Shown: positions 50,156 to 61,808 of the stretch, piece after piece
How positions within the stretch are numbered: position 1 is the stretch's first letter
Layout: each line of letters begins with the position of its first letter
From: Vicugna vicugna
Taxonomy: Eukaryota
Direction: 5' to 3'
NCBI GenBank assembly: GCA_013265495.1
Contig: MU058065.1
Coordinates: 7,936,302-8,000,301, forward strand
Length of the DNA: 64,000 nt
Translations under genes and position numbers: made by a program
The notes under the pieces: model-generated
Database searches by the model: none
Told to the model about the DNA's origin: nothing
Seen by the model: the letters and a program-made list of their open reading frames with translations, nothing else

Positions 50156-51869
50156 TAGTTAGTGTGAGGGGCACATTGTGGATAAGGGGACAGATATCTA
50201 AGTGTTCTTTTGCAGGCCTGGGGTGGAAGGAGCAAAGACAGCAGAGCCTTGGGACCCAACTTCTAGAAGTCAAGGCCTACACACCCCAGCAGATCCCACT
50301 GGAACCCCATGCCAGCCACAGCAATTGTGCCCAAGGCTACCGCTTTCTCTCCAGGTTGCGCCAGGAGGGAATAGCTTGGGGGCAAAGGAGGCAGGGATGA
50401 GGCAAGGAATTAATGACATCATTTCCCTACTGCAATCTGAGCTCCTTGGGAAAAAGGTGTGGCATAAACACCAGGTATTATTATTATGAATCAGAACTTC
50501 TCTTTAAATCCTGTCTTTACTTAATACTCTTAACAAGATGAACCATTTCTAGGAAAAGGGAGTAAGAGACTTGAGAAGTGGTTTTCCAATTGAGTGGAGT
50601 GTTTTGGATTCTTTTAACCAGGCTTCCCAAACTTATTTTTTCCCTCTCAGGATCAAATGTCACCAACTGACCAGACACCATTCTATCTAAACAGGAAATT
50701 CCCTGCCCCTGACCCCAACCTTCTCCTCCCTTCTCCCCTCATTTTATTTACCCTCTGACCTGAACGTAATATAAATATTTAATCTCATTTATTACCTGAA
50801 AATTATCTGTATTTATTCTGTTTATTTAGTGACAGTTACTTGAAAACAAAACAAAAACTGCTGGATTGGGTCAAACAACCAGTGTGTCTGATTTTTCCAC
50901 TAAGCTAATCCCTTTTGGTGTTTCATTTAGATAATTGACTGGTTGCTCCCCAAACACATCACAGATTTTCCCAGTCCTCACACTCTCCCACATACATCAT
51001 TTCTTTGTCAGGCAAAATCTGACTCACCTTTCAAAATCCATTTCAAACATCCCCTTCTCTGTGAAGACTTCCCTGACAGCCCCTCCCACCTCTGTTGCTA
51101 GACCAGCGCTCCCTTCCCCATCCTCCCAGGGTGCCTTGGGTGTACCTGCATTCTTGGTCTTATCCCACCAGGTGGGACCTACTGGAGGCAGTAGAATGGA
51201 GATTTTAGAGGACTCCAGAGTCATACACCCAGATTCAATAACCTTTTAGTATTGAAACAGAAGGCAAGTGTCAGCTTTTCTAGGGGCCAGGGACCCCATC
51301 TTAGGTTTTACTTAATAAGCCTCTGGCTTCTAGGAGATGCTATGCAATCTTTGAGGGCCAAATATAGATAAGGAAGGAAAGGAAAGGAAATGGAAGAATA
51401 AAGATGGGGATGGGGATGGGGATAGGGAAGCTAGGGGGAAGCGGTGGTGGTGGGGAAGAGGAAGGATTTTTCTAAAGCGGAAAGAACACATCATTTGGGA
51501 GTAGTTGAGACACCAAACATCTAGCCCACATCCTGACCCAGCAGACACCATGGCTGATGATTTGGGGGGTGCAGTTTCATCTGTCAACTAATTCTGTGTT
51601 TCTGCACACCAGCAAGGTGTGGGCTGAGAGCCGGGTTTAGGGACAGGATGAGACATGGGCAGGCAGGTTCCCTCCATCTGTCCTGGCACAGCTCACAGAG
51701 TCTGCCTCTCAGGTAGGACCTAGCTCTGGGACTATCCTGCCCCCTCCCATACCAAGCCAGATCCCTTTAGCCTGGGGTGGGAGAAGCCTATGGTAGGATT
51801 ATTCGGGATCAACTTATCCTTTTAACACACAGGTCAGACCTTGCTGGTCTCTCACTCTCAGTGCCTGAT

Positions 51870-52330
51870 GGATATAATCCAACGTCCGTATAGTGTGGCC
51901 TGGCCCCTGGCTACTTCTTTGCATTCTGTCCCCACCTGAACTCCTTGCTGCTTCTTAAATATGCCAAGCAGGATCCCCCCCAAAGGCCTCCAAACTTGCT
52001 GTTCCTTTTCTGAGGATCTGCTACTCCAGAGACATGCAGGGCCTGTCCTCTTCTTTCTTCAGACCTCTGCTCAAATGTCTCCTCCTGGGAAACACCTTCT
52101 GTGACCATCCTAATTAAGGCAGGCCCCCTTCAGTCACCCCCACTCGCTCCACTGTACTTCTTGTCACCACACTCATCTCATCTGACATAACATCTGCTTT
52201 ATTCGGCTTTTATCTGCCCCACCCCTGTACACATGCTCCATGATTGCAGAAACTGTACTGTGTTCACCACCACGTCATCACAGTGCCCGGCACATCATGG
52301 GTGCTAGGGAAACTTGCTGAGTGGATGACA
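51870..52330 (+). mobile_element. L2 (L2a-like) 3' end
   Basis: 'cttcagacctctgctcaaatgtctcctcctgggaaacaccttctgtgacca...tgctccatga...tgttcaccacc...acagtgcccggcacatc'. Confidence 0.85.
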
Positions 52331-53529
52331 GAACGAAGGACTCAAACCACCTCATTAACAGGGAGGGACCCAGAGCTGAGAGCAAGAAGACCTTGTTCAA
52401 GGTCATATTCACCGGCTCATGTGTGGCAGATCCTGAGTTCACCCGTGTCTCCTGGCCCCGACATGAGTGAGGCCTTAGTGCAAATCCACACTGTGATCTG
52501 GGGAATGGTCCCTCACCAACACACACTACCCCAGCCCCAAGTGGACTTTGAAAGGGAGGTTCAGCCCCTTTCAAGCCCAGTGCACAAGGTGGCTTTCTGG
52601 CCATACTTGAGTCTCTTCACATCTCTTGCTCCAAATACGTTCTGTATCTGAATGAAAAGGTGCTTGAAAAAACCAAGACAAGATGATCCCAGGTGGAGGG
52701 CGACCCAATCTGGACTATGTCCACAGAAGGCAGGACAAGTGTTCACTGCATTTGATTAGAGTGTGGTTAGAGGGTAGAAGGAATCTCTCACATGAAGGAG
52801 AGTCAGAACTGGAATGGGTATCCAGGGCAGGGCAAAACATTGTTAAAACCCTGGAGAGACAGGAGAAAGCCACATCTCCATTTACGTAATGTTCATTCAG
52901 TCATTCAGCAGATATTTACTGAGTGTTTCCATATATCTAAGGACAGTGCATGGGCAGGATCTTATATGAGTTTGTCCTCAAGGAATCTCTTTGTAGAACA
53001 GCTTCTTCACCTGCTGCAGTCCTGAGAACTGGGGATGAGAAGTCTCCAGCAAAGTGACACAGTCATCCTCCTCTTCCCTCCGGTTCAGTTTCTCAGATAA
53101 CAATGGCATCCACACCAGGGTCATGGATCTGGGCTACCTGGACCTTCCATGGCTCGTTTTGTCCATCTTCCTGCCCCTAAAAATAAACTCAGGCAATGAT
53201 GGGTCATTCTTAGAGTCTCCAGCAGAGTTAATCCCACATCTCCTTTGTTCAACATTGCGTGACGACTATCAGCCTTTCCATCAGAAAATTCCTTCTGGAG
53301 TCTGCCCTCATATCTTTCTGCCACTTCTTTTTAGTCCTTTTCTTTTTTTTTTTTTTTTTAATTCATCATAGGTAAGTCTCCAGACACTCAACCCCTTTTT
53401 GCACCGTTTGCTAAAGAATACATTAAAAAATCAGTCAATCAGCCAGCAAATATGCATTGAGCATCAATCATACATAAAAATCTCTGCTAAGTTTAGGGAA
53501 AAGTACAAAGAGAAGCAGAGGAAAGAATG

Positions 53530-53730
53530 GTGGGTCTGGAGACAGACTAAATTGGAACCATAGCTCTGAAACTTGTCCCCATGAGAACAAATTCTCCTCC
53601 CCGGTCGGGTTTATCGTCTGTGAAATGGGGTGAGCAGTTCCTGCTCTAACAATCACCCTGGGTCATTGTGAAGCTCAGTAAAGATTATCACAGGCAGAGC
53701 CTTCATAAACTGTAAAATTCCATAGAATGT
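53530..53730 (+). mobile_element. MIR SINE
   Basis: 'ggtctggagacagact...tttatcgtctgtgaaatgggg...gggtcattgtgaagctcagtaaagat...taaactgtaaa'. Confidence 0.65.
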
Positions 53731-53737
53731 GAGTCAG

Positions 53738-54245
53738 ATGCAATACGGTGTCATGGAAAAACACTGGACTTACAGCCACAGGGCTGAGTGGACCTGACTC
53801 TGACAGTACTGAAATCGTCACTTACTTCCCCTGGGTCTTTGGGCAGGTCAATTTGCCTCAGTTTCCTTCTCTGTAGAAATGGTTTGTTGGGCAGATTGAG
53901 ACACTGCACAGAGAAAGTATCCCTCATTGGAGGTGGAGATTAACAGACACACATTACTGCTTATAAAATCAGTTAAAAAAAAAAAACAAGGACTTACTGT
54001 ACAGTACAGGGAACTATATTCAGTTTCTTATAATAACATATAATGGAAAATAATCTGAAAAGAAAATATATATTAAATATATATATACATATATATACAC
54101 ATATATGTGTGTATAACTGAATTGCTTTGCTGTACACCTGAAACTAACATTATAAATTAACTACACTTCAATTAAAAAAAAGTTTTTTAAGTATCCCACA
54201 TTGGCTCCTGGCACCCAGCAGATCTCAGACTGTACTTGTTCATTC
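53738..54245 (+). mobile_element. MIR SINE, split by an L1 3' end
   Basis: 'ggtgtcatggaaaaacactggact...cttacttcc...tttgggcaggtcaatttgcctcagtttccttctctgtag' resumes as 'cctggcacccagcagatctca' after 54204. Confidence 0.65.
53931..54188 (+). mobile_element. Short 5'-truncated cetartiodactyl-type L1 3' end
   Basis: 'gattaacagacacaca...aacaaggacttactgtacagtacagggaactatattcag...ctttgctgtacacctgaaactaaca...ttcaattaaaaaaa'; 16-bp TSD (15/16) at 53915-53930 and 54189-54204. Confidence 0.93.
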
Positions 54246-54696
54246 CTTCACAACTGATAAGGGGAGAGCAGTACAAGTACTGCCCGAGAAGAGAACAGTA
54301 GTAAACACCATAGTCCAACACCATAGTCCAACCAGGCTTGAAGGGTCAGCCTGCGCATCAGTGAGAAATGAGGCCAGAAGAGCTGTGACCTGAGGTTGAG
54401 GGGGAGGGAAAATGCCAGACTAAGGAGTTTGGGCTTGAGAGAATCATTCATGGGCATCAGGGAGCCATTGATGGTTTCAGAGAAGTGAGATAATGGATGA
54501 AATTTATTTCTGTTCTTTGTGGGAAGTGGCTCAGGAATGGAGAACACCCTGGAATTGTTGAATTCTTCACTTCAGGGCTGGGCATTAACCTGCTGGAATG
54601 GAACACAGGTTTTAGAGGGTCAAGGCCTGACCAGCACCTCCTGTGTGTAGTTAGAGCTCAAGAGCAAAACCTGCCCAGATTTCTAAACTTGGGCCT

Positions 54697-55153
54697 TGTA
54701 TTAGTCAGCTACAGCTGGATAACAAATTACTTCAAGAGGGAGTGGCTAAAAAATGTTTATTATCTCCCAGTTTCTGGGAGGGTCCAAGCTGGATGGTTTG
54801 GAGTCTGGGTGTCTCATGAAGTTGTAGTCAAGATGTCAGGTGGGGTTGCAGTCATCGGAGGGCCTGGCTGGGGCTGAGTCATCCTCTTCCAAGGGGCCTT
54901 AGTTATGTGCCAGCCAAGTTGGCTATTGGCAGAGGGTTTCAGTTATTCACACTTGGGTCTCTTCACATGGCCTCTGGTTCCCCAGAGCAAGTGTTCAAGG
55001 AGAGCATGGCTACAGTGTTTTTGAAGACCTAACTTCAGAAGACACACACCCTCACTTTCATGGTGCTCTGGTGGTCAACTGACTAATCCTAGTGCCATGT
55101 AGGAGAGGGCTACATAAAGGACTCATTGGAGGCTTTCTAGGGAACTGGCTACA
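54697..55153 (-). mobile_element. MaLR solo LTR (MLT1F-like)
   Basis: 'tgtattagtcagcta...taacaaattac...tttattatctcccagtttctggg...tctcatgaagttgtagtcaagatgtcag...gcagtcatc...ggctggggctga...ttccccagagcaagtg'. Confidence 0.85.
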
Positions 55154-55159
55154 ATGGCC

Positions 55160-55410
55160 AGGAGAGTGGGATATAGAAGAGAATGATCTTGGAACCAAAC
55201 AGACATGGCTTCAAGTCTCAGGTCCTTAACTTACACCCTGTGTGACTTTGAGCAAGTCAGTTAAATCTCAGGCTTTAGTGTCCTCTCTGTAAAATGAGAA
55301 AAAAAATTAAAGCTTCAGCATGAAAGGGTTGTGCAGAGTTAGCAAGATGCTCCTCATAGAGCATTTGGTCCAGCTCCAGACTGGAGGCCAAAGTCTGTGT
55401 TTGATAAATG
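55160..55410 (+). mobile_element. MIR SINE
   Basis: 'cagacatggcttcaagtctcagg...ctgtgtgactttgagcaagtcagttaaatctc...ctctgtaaaatgag'. Confidence 0.8.
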
Positions 55411-55479
55411 GGGGCTTTGTTTACTGGTATAATTCACAGGCAGGCAGGAGGAGAGCTGATCTAGAAGCACAAACAATCC

Positions 55480-55673
55480 TGTCTTTGGCTGAATAATACC
55501 CTCAAGGATGTTCATGTCTCAATCTCCAGATCCTATAAATATGTTACCTTATATGGCAAAAAGGATTTTATGGGTATAAGCCAAGAATCTTCCTGTATTT
55601 TTTATTGTTGTTGAAGTATAGTCAATTAACAATGTTGTGTTAATTTCTGCTGTATAGCAGTGATTCACTTATG

Positions 55674-55709
<36 letters not shown>

Positions 55710-56123
55710 CACACACACACATACACACATATATATATACATATTCCTTTTCATATTCTTTTTCACTATTGGCTATTACAAGGTATTGAATATAGTTCTC
55801 TGTGCTATACAGTAGGCTTTATTGTTTATCTATTTTATATATAGTAGTAAGTATCTGCAAATCTCAAACTCCAAATTTATCCTTTCCCATTCCCTTTCCC
55901 CCTAGTAACCATAAGTTTGTTTTCTATGTCTGTGAGTCTGTCTCTGTTTTGTAAATAAGTTCACCTGTGTCCTTTTTCTAGATTCTACATGTAAGTGATA
56001 TCATATGGTTTTTCTCTTTCTCTTTCTGGCTTACTTCACTTAGTATGACACTCTCCAGATCAATCAATGCAGCTGCAAATGACATTGTTTTATTCTTTTT
56101 TATGGCTGAGTAGTACTCCACTG

Positions 56124-56162
<39 letters not shown>

Positions 56163-56641
56163 ATGTAGATACACACACACAACGATATATAGAGACTACA
56201 ACTTCTTTATCCAGTTATCCATTAATAGATGTTTAGGTTGCTTCCATATTTTAAGCCAAGAATTTTGAGATGGGGAGATAGACCTGGATTATCTGAGCGG
56301 ACCCAATGTTGCAATCACAAGTGTCTTTGGAAGAGGCAGGCAGTAGTGATATAGAGGGAAGAAGGCTATGTGATGATGGAAGCAGAAATTGGAGTGACAC
56401 AGCCATCAACTAAGAAGCTAAGATATGCCAGCAACGTGAACCTGGAAGAGGCAAGGAATAGATTCTCCCCTAGAGCCTCCAGAAGGAACCCACTCTGCCA
56501 TCACCTTGATTTTAGCTCTGTTAAGTCTCATTTCTGACTTCTGACCTCCAGAACTGTAAGAGTAAATGTGTGTTGTTTTAATCCATCTGATCCATATAAA
56601 TGTATAGTTATTTCATATAGCAGCAATAGGAAACTAATACA
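55480..56641 (+). mobile_element. MaLR solo LTR (MLT1C/D-like), split by an L1
   Basis: 'ggctgaataatacc...atatgttaccttatatggcaaaaagga' and 'ttgagatggggagat...ctggaagaggcaaggaatagattctcccctagagcctccagaaggaac...gcagcaataggaaactaataca'; 'atcct' flanks both ends. Confidence 0.92.
55592..56251 (-). mobile_element. 5'-truncated cetartiodactyl-type L1 3' end with internal (CA/TA)n and (TG/TATG)n tracts
   Basis: 'ttgaagtatagtcaattaacaatgttgtg...tgtgctatacagtagg...taaccataagtttgttttctatgtctgtgagtctg...gcagctgcaaatgacattg'; 15-bp TSD (14/15) at 55577-55591 and 56252-56266. Confidence 0.95.
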
Positions 56642-57149
56642 ATCCTTTGAGGGGATCAAATTGGCCCCTGGAGCCTAGGGAAGAGGATGATAAGGGAGAG
56701 AAGGGATAAGGGAAGAGGGCAGAGTAGGCACACATCACTGAACTGCATAAAGGAAACCCATCACCCTCTCCCAAGACAGTACAGCCCTAATTCTGCAGGA
56801 TCTGACATTATTTGAGATAGAGGCATGGATTCAGGGCCCAAACAGTGGTGGAGGTAAATAAGAAAGCAAAGAGTGGTGAAGCAGTTCTGAAGATGACTGG
56901 CCTGGTCTGTCGACTTAAAGTGCCTTTGCTTAACAAGAAGTAAAATTGCATTGGCCAGTTCCTGACGACCTCAGTGGCCAGAGGTCAAGATGCTCCAAGA
57001 CTGGCATTCTGCAAACTTCTTTCTCTCCCAGAAAACAAACAGAGAAAGGGACTAAGGGAAACCATCTCTTGAAACCTGGGGAAATGAAAGGAGAGGGAAA
57101 AGAAGGAGGCTCTAGAGACAGACAGATTGTAAAGAAAAACAGGCACAGG

Positions 57150-57345
57150 ATTTGGAGGCAGAAAAGATTCTTCGGTCCCAGGCTCTGCCACTGGATTAGT
57201 GACACCAAGAAAGTCAGTTCCACTTCTCTGGGCCTCAGTTTCATCATCTGTCAAGTGAGGTTGTTAGGAGGATGACACGGGTGAAGGCATGTAGTATATT
57301 CTACATGACAGGCATACAGTAGGTGATTAATAAATGTTGTTATTA
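57150..57345 (+). mobile_element. MIR SINE
   Basis: 'cccaggctctgccact...cacttctctgggcctcagtttcatcatctgtcaagtg...ggcatacagtaggtgattaataaatgttgttattact'. Confidence 0.85.
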
Positions 57346-59040
57346 CTGCAGTGACCAACTCCATTTAGAAAGCATTTATTCAGTGTTTAAGATGTAGAAG
57401 GCAGTGTAGACACTAGACAAGTAGGATGTAGTCTCAGCTCTTGATGAGTCTGTGATCTGGTGAGGACACAGCATCCTGTGGGGTCCTACAGAGCGGTACC
57501 TAAGACAGGCTGGAGCATCTTGAGACTTACAGGCTCTCTGAGAGATAAACAAAGGCCTAGTTGGAACCAAAGAGGGCAATCGAGGAAAGTCTGGTCTTAC
57601 TCCCCACCCACAGTGTCCCCATCAACAAGAGAGCAGCTGTTCCATGGTTGGTGTAAAGTGTTCAGTAAAATAATCCTCATAGCATTAACATCTGTTACTC
57701 TTATTAAGAACCCAAGCTTTGGAATCATACAGTTCTTCATTCCAACCCCTACTGACAAGCTGAAATTGGGTGGGTAGCTGATATTCACTAGATATCAGGG
57801 GGTCAGCCAAGAAGCAGGAATGGTTATCCCTACTTGCAGAGTTGCTCTGAAGACAGGAGACACTGAGTGCAGTGGGCCAGGTGTGCAGTAGACAAAGGAA
57901 GTGAGAGCAATGGCTGTGGTTACTGGCCAGGCCCACCTGCAGGAAGAAATCCCCTACACCGGATGGAAATCAGATGACACTGGAAGAATCTCTCTGTTCC
58001 CTTGGGACTTTGCTGCTCACCTGGCTGACACCACTAAGGAGCGACGGTAAAGGTGCTCATGTGACAATTCTAGGACCACAAGAGACTCCCTTGTGGAACG
58101 AACCAGACCACACTTGCCCCTTCTGGACCTGGCCACCCTCCTTCCTCCTTCAGTAGCTCCTGCACTGCTCCCCCAATATCTTTGTGGTGTCAGCCCCTAA
58201 ATCACAGTGGAAAGAAACCTACTTCAATCAAGTTCTTCCCAGAATCTCCAGGCCAGCCCCGGGGGAAAGGTTTCTTGGCCAGAACATTAGAAATTTTCCA
58301 ACCCTTCACAAACTCCCTCCAGGCAGGGAATGAAAATTAAAAGACAGACAGAGATGTAGGAGGAGCCATCTGAGAACGTAGCTTTCCCCAAACACTGAGC
58401 CTGATACATCCTGAGGACTAGAGCCCAACAAGTTTCAACGCACTGAGAGCTCTTCCCCTCCAGCTGCACCAACTAATTACAAGGAAAAGGTCGGAAGGGA
58501 ATTTTTGAGCTTTTCATGACAGTGCAGTTTTCTCTTTTACTCTCTCTCCTCCTCCTCCTCCATCCTCCCTTCCCCATTCTCTCTCCTTCTCTTCCTGCAT
58601 CTCTGGTTCCAGGCAACATGCTCCTGCAGATAGGCAGGAGCTGGTGGGTGCACTAAACAGAGACTCACATGCTGGAATGAATCTCAGGACATAACAGAAT
58701 CAGATCTCCACCTCTACACAAAATCACTGCTCACCTGTCGGAATCCTCCAGAAAAAAAAAGTTAGGAAACAGCCTGGACTTCTCCTCTCAAGACAGCATT
58801 TAAAAGTAATGTTCATTTCTCCTTGTACAAGTAATGCATACTCATACAGAAGGTACAAAGAAGACATGATCATCCACTATCCCAACAACCAGAGATAACA
58901 CACTATCAATATTTTGATGTACAGTAAATCCTTGACATTCCCAAGAATTATATCTCAAGATCTTCATGAATCTCCAAATTTAAGAAGATGGAAATGTTGG
59001 AACCAATCTCAAGAAGCTTTACAAAGAAATTCTAACTCCA

Positions 59041-59589
59041 TGGAAGCAACCTAAGTGTTCATCAACAGATAAATGGATGAAGAAGATGTGGGATATATAT
59101 ACAATGGAATACTACTCAGCCATAAAAAAGAATGAAATTTTGTCATTTGCAACAACATGGATGGACTTAGAGGATGTCCTGCTTAGTTAAATAAGTCAAA
59201 TACTGTATAATATCGCTTATAGTGGAATCTAAAAATACAGCAAACTAATGAATATAACAAAAAAGAAACAGACTCACAGATGTAGAGGACAAACTAGTGG
59301 TTACCTGTGGGAAGAGGGGAGAGGGCAGGGACAACATAGAGGTAAGGGATTAAGAAGTACAAAGTATTATGTATACAATGAGCTACAAGAATATATTGTA
59401 CAACACAATGAATATAGCCAATAATTTATAGTAACTATAAATGAACTACAACTTTTAAAAACTGTGAATCAGTGTATTGTACACCTATATCTTATGTAAT
59501 ATTGTACATCAACTATACTCCAATTTTAAAAAAGGAAAGAAAAATGTATTTAAAATAAAGACCTAACAATAGTTCTAAAAAAGAGAGGG
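59041..59589 (+). mobile_element. 5'-truncated L1 3' end
   Basis: 'tggaagcaacctaagtgttcatcaacagataaatggatgaagaagatgtgg...caatggaatactactcagccataaaaaagaatgaaa'; 18-bp TSD (17/18) at 59023-59040 and 59590-59607. Confidence 0.95.
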
Positions 59590-59716
59590 AAAGAGATTCT
59601 AACTCCAAATCTAATCTGTAGCATCATAAGCTTAAGGAAAGGATGTCCTAGTTTGAGACTGGGGGATGGATGAGGTGCCACCCATTTTACAGATAAGGAA
59701 ACTGAGGTCAGAGGGA

Positions 59717-60593
59717 TATATCGGTTTGGCTCTGCCCCTCAGCTAAATGAGAGTCAAAGATGTGGCCGAGAAGGGAAATGCATTGGCAGGGTTTGCCAAG
59801 AACGGGCTGGTGCCTGTGTTGGTCAGGAACGTGGAGGCACAGGGAAGCCAGCAGGAATCCTGACTTCTCACTTGTGCTAACAAGTTAAGTCTCCAGCTTG
59901 ATCAAACCCAATTTTTCCAGGATCTACAGCCAGGTGTATTGTCTGGGTCTGGGAAATGAGACACCAATGGGGCTGAACATCCTTCCCCTGGCTGGTGGCC
60001 CCTCACTGAGACAGAGTGTGCGTTCCCAGGTATCAGAGTTGGAACCAATGTATCCCCAGAGAAGGTCACCAAGAAAGAGAGGAGCTTACCTGGATGCCAC
60101 AGGAACACTTGGTTCAAGAGTGTATGTCCTACCCAGGCAAACAAGGAGAGCTTGCCAAAGTTGGAAACCTAGGACTAGCCTGCCTCCCCAACCCTTCCTT
60201 GCACATAACACTGCTTAATCCTCATCAAGGCCTCTGACAACCAGCATCAAGCAGTGTCAAATCTGCCTCAAACAGAAAGACCCAGACACCCTAGACTGGC
60301 AATCAAGCTGACACCTCCATTCCAGGGCAACCAGAGAGCTTTGGGCTATGCTCTAGAGTTCGTTGCAACCTGTACTGCTGCCTGTCTCTCCCTTCCTACT
60401 CCAAGATCTAGCCCGGGGCTAAAAACCCTCACTTGCCACTCCCTTTGCACCACTCGGAGCCAGCTGTGTGGAGCCTTCCACTCCTAGACCTGCCGGGGAC
60501 TGATTCATCCGCTGCCAGATTTCCCTGAGTCCCAGCCCAGAGCCTGTTCTCACCGCACCCACAAGCCCTTGCTGGATGCCCCTCTCTCTTACA
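59717..60593. mobile_element. Possible ERVL-type solo LTR (MER54/MER74-like), unconfirmed
   Basis: About 870-bp block that begins abruptly inside a MIR fragment (59675-59716) and ends '...cttaca'. The family resemblance is from memory only and there is no clear TSD. Confidence 0.35.
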
Positions 60594-61114
60594 CAGGAAC
60601 TTCTTAGAGTCGATTTATTTTTCCCCAACCACACCTAAACTCCTACAGCTTCTGTCTTCATATTTTAGCTCCTCAGTGGCTCATCAAAGAGAAGAAAGAG
60701 AAGTATGATGAGAACAATCCTAAATAATGATAAAAAAGGAGGGGGAAAGATCTACACACTACTCTCGGAATTTTAGCTAGCTCATTCTTCCTAATGACCT
60801 AGTGGGGCTATTTAACTGAAGAAGATCAATTGCTCAAATTTCAGGAGGACCTTTGGAATTCTCTAAGGATCTCCAAGATCTTCAAAAATGTTTGGAAATA
60901 AAAATTAATACGTTTGGAAGCATTTAAAAAACAAATAAAAATAAAACACTAAAATGAACTCTGACACAGATATTATTTCATCCTAAGATACAGACACACA
61001 TTTACACATATACCCTTCCTATTTGCTTTGGTCCCCATGCCTCTTACATGCAAACATATACATGTACCACCTCCACACAAACCTGGAGATGCCAGGGACT
61101 GTGCTCACCCCAAG

Positions 61115-61808
61115 CAGAGTTGTCAAATCAGTATAAAAATAGAGGGCACCCAGTTAAATTTGAATTTCAGCTAAAAAACAAATAAACTTTCATGTAAGTA
61201 TATTTCAAATATTGCATGGAATCTGTGTATACTAAATTTATTCATTGTTTTTTTGAAATTCCAATTTAACAATGGAATATTACTCAGCCATAAGAAAGAA
61301 TGAAATAATGCCATTTGCAGCAAGATGGATGGACCTAGAGATTATCATGTTAAGTGAAGTGAGTCAGACAAAGAAAGCCAAATATCATATAATATCACTT
61401 ATATGTGGAATCTAAAAAAAAAATGATACAAACTTTATTTACAAAACAAAAATAGATTCACAGACATAGAAAATAAACTATAGTTACCAAAGGGGAAAGG
61501 GCAGGGGAGGGATAAATTAGGAGTCTGAGATTAACAGAAGCATGTTACTATATAGAAAATAGGTGAACAACAAAGACCTACTGTATAGCACAGGGAACTA
61601 TATTCCATTTCTTGTAACACATATAATGGGAAAGAATCTGAAAAAAATAGGCATATGTATGGACATGTATAACTAAATTGCTTTGCTGTACACCTAAAAC
61701 TAACATTATAAATCAACTATACTTCAATAGAAAACAAAATTTTTTAAAAGACCCCCCCAAAAAAATTTCAATTTAACTGGCCATTCTATATACTATCTGG
61801 TATCCCTA
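61115..61808 (-). mobile_element. MER53 palindromic element, split by an L1
   Basis: 'gggcacccagttaaatttgaatttcag...aagtatatttcaaatattgcatgg...ttgtttttttgaaattccaatttaac' resumes as 'tggccattctatatactatctggtatcccta'; 8-bp TSD accccaag/accctaag (7/8). Confidence 0.9.
61271..61762 (+). mobile_element. 5'-truncated cetartiodactyl-type L1 3' end
   Basis: 'aatggaatattactcagccataag...gatggacctagagattatcatgttaagtgaagtgagtcagac...ctactgtatagcacagggaactatattc'; 15-bp TSD (14/15) at 61256-61270 and 61763-61777. Confidence 0.95.
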
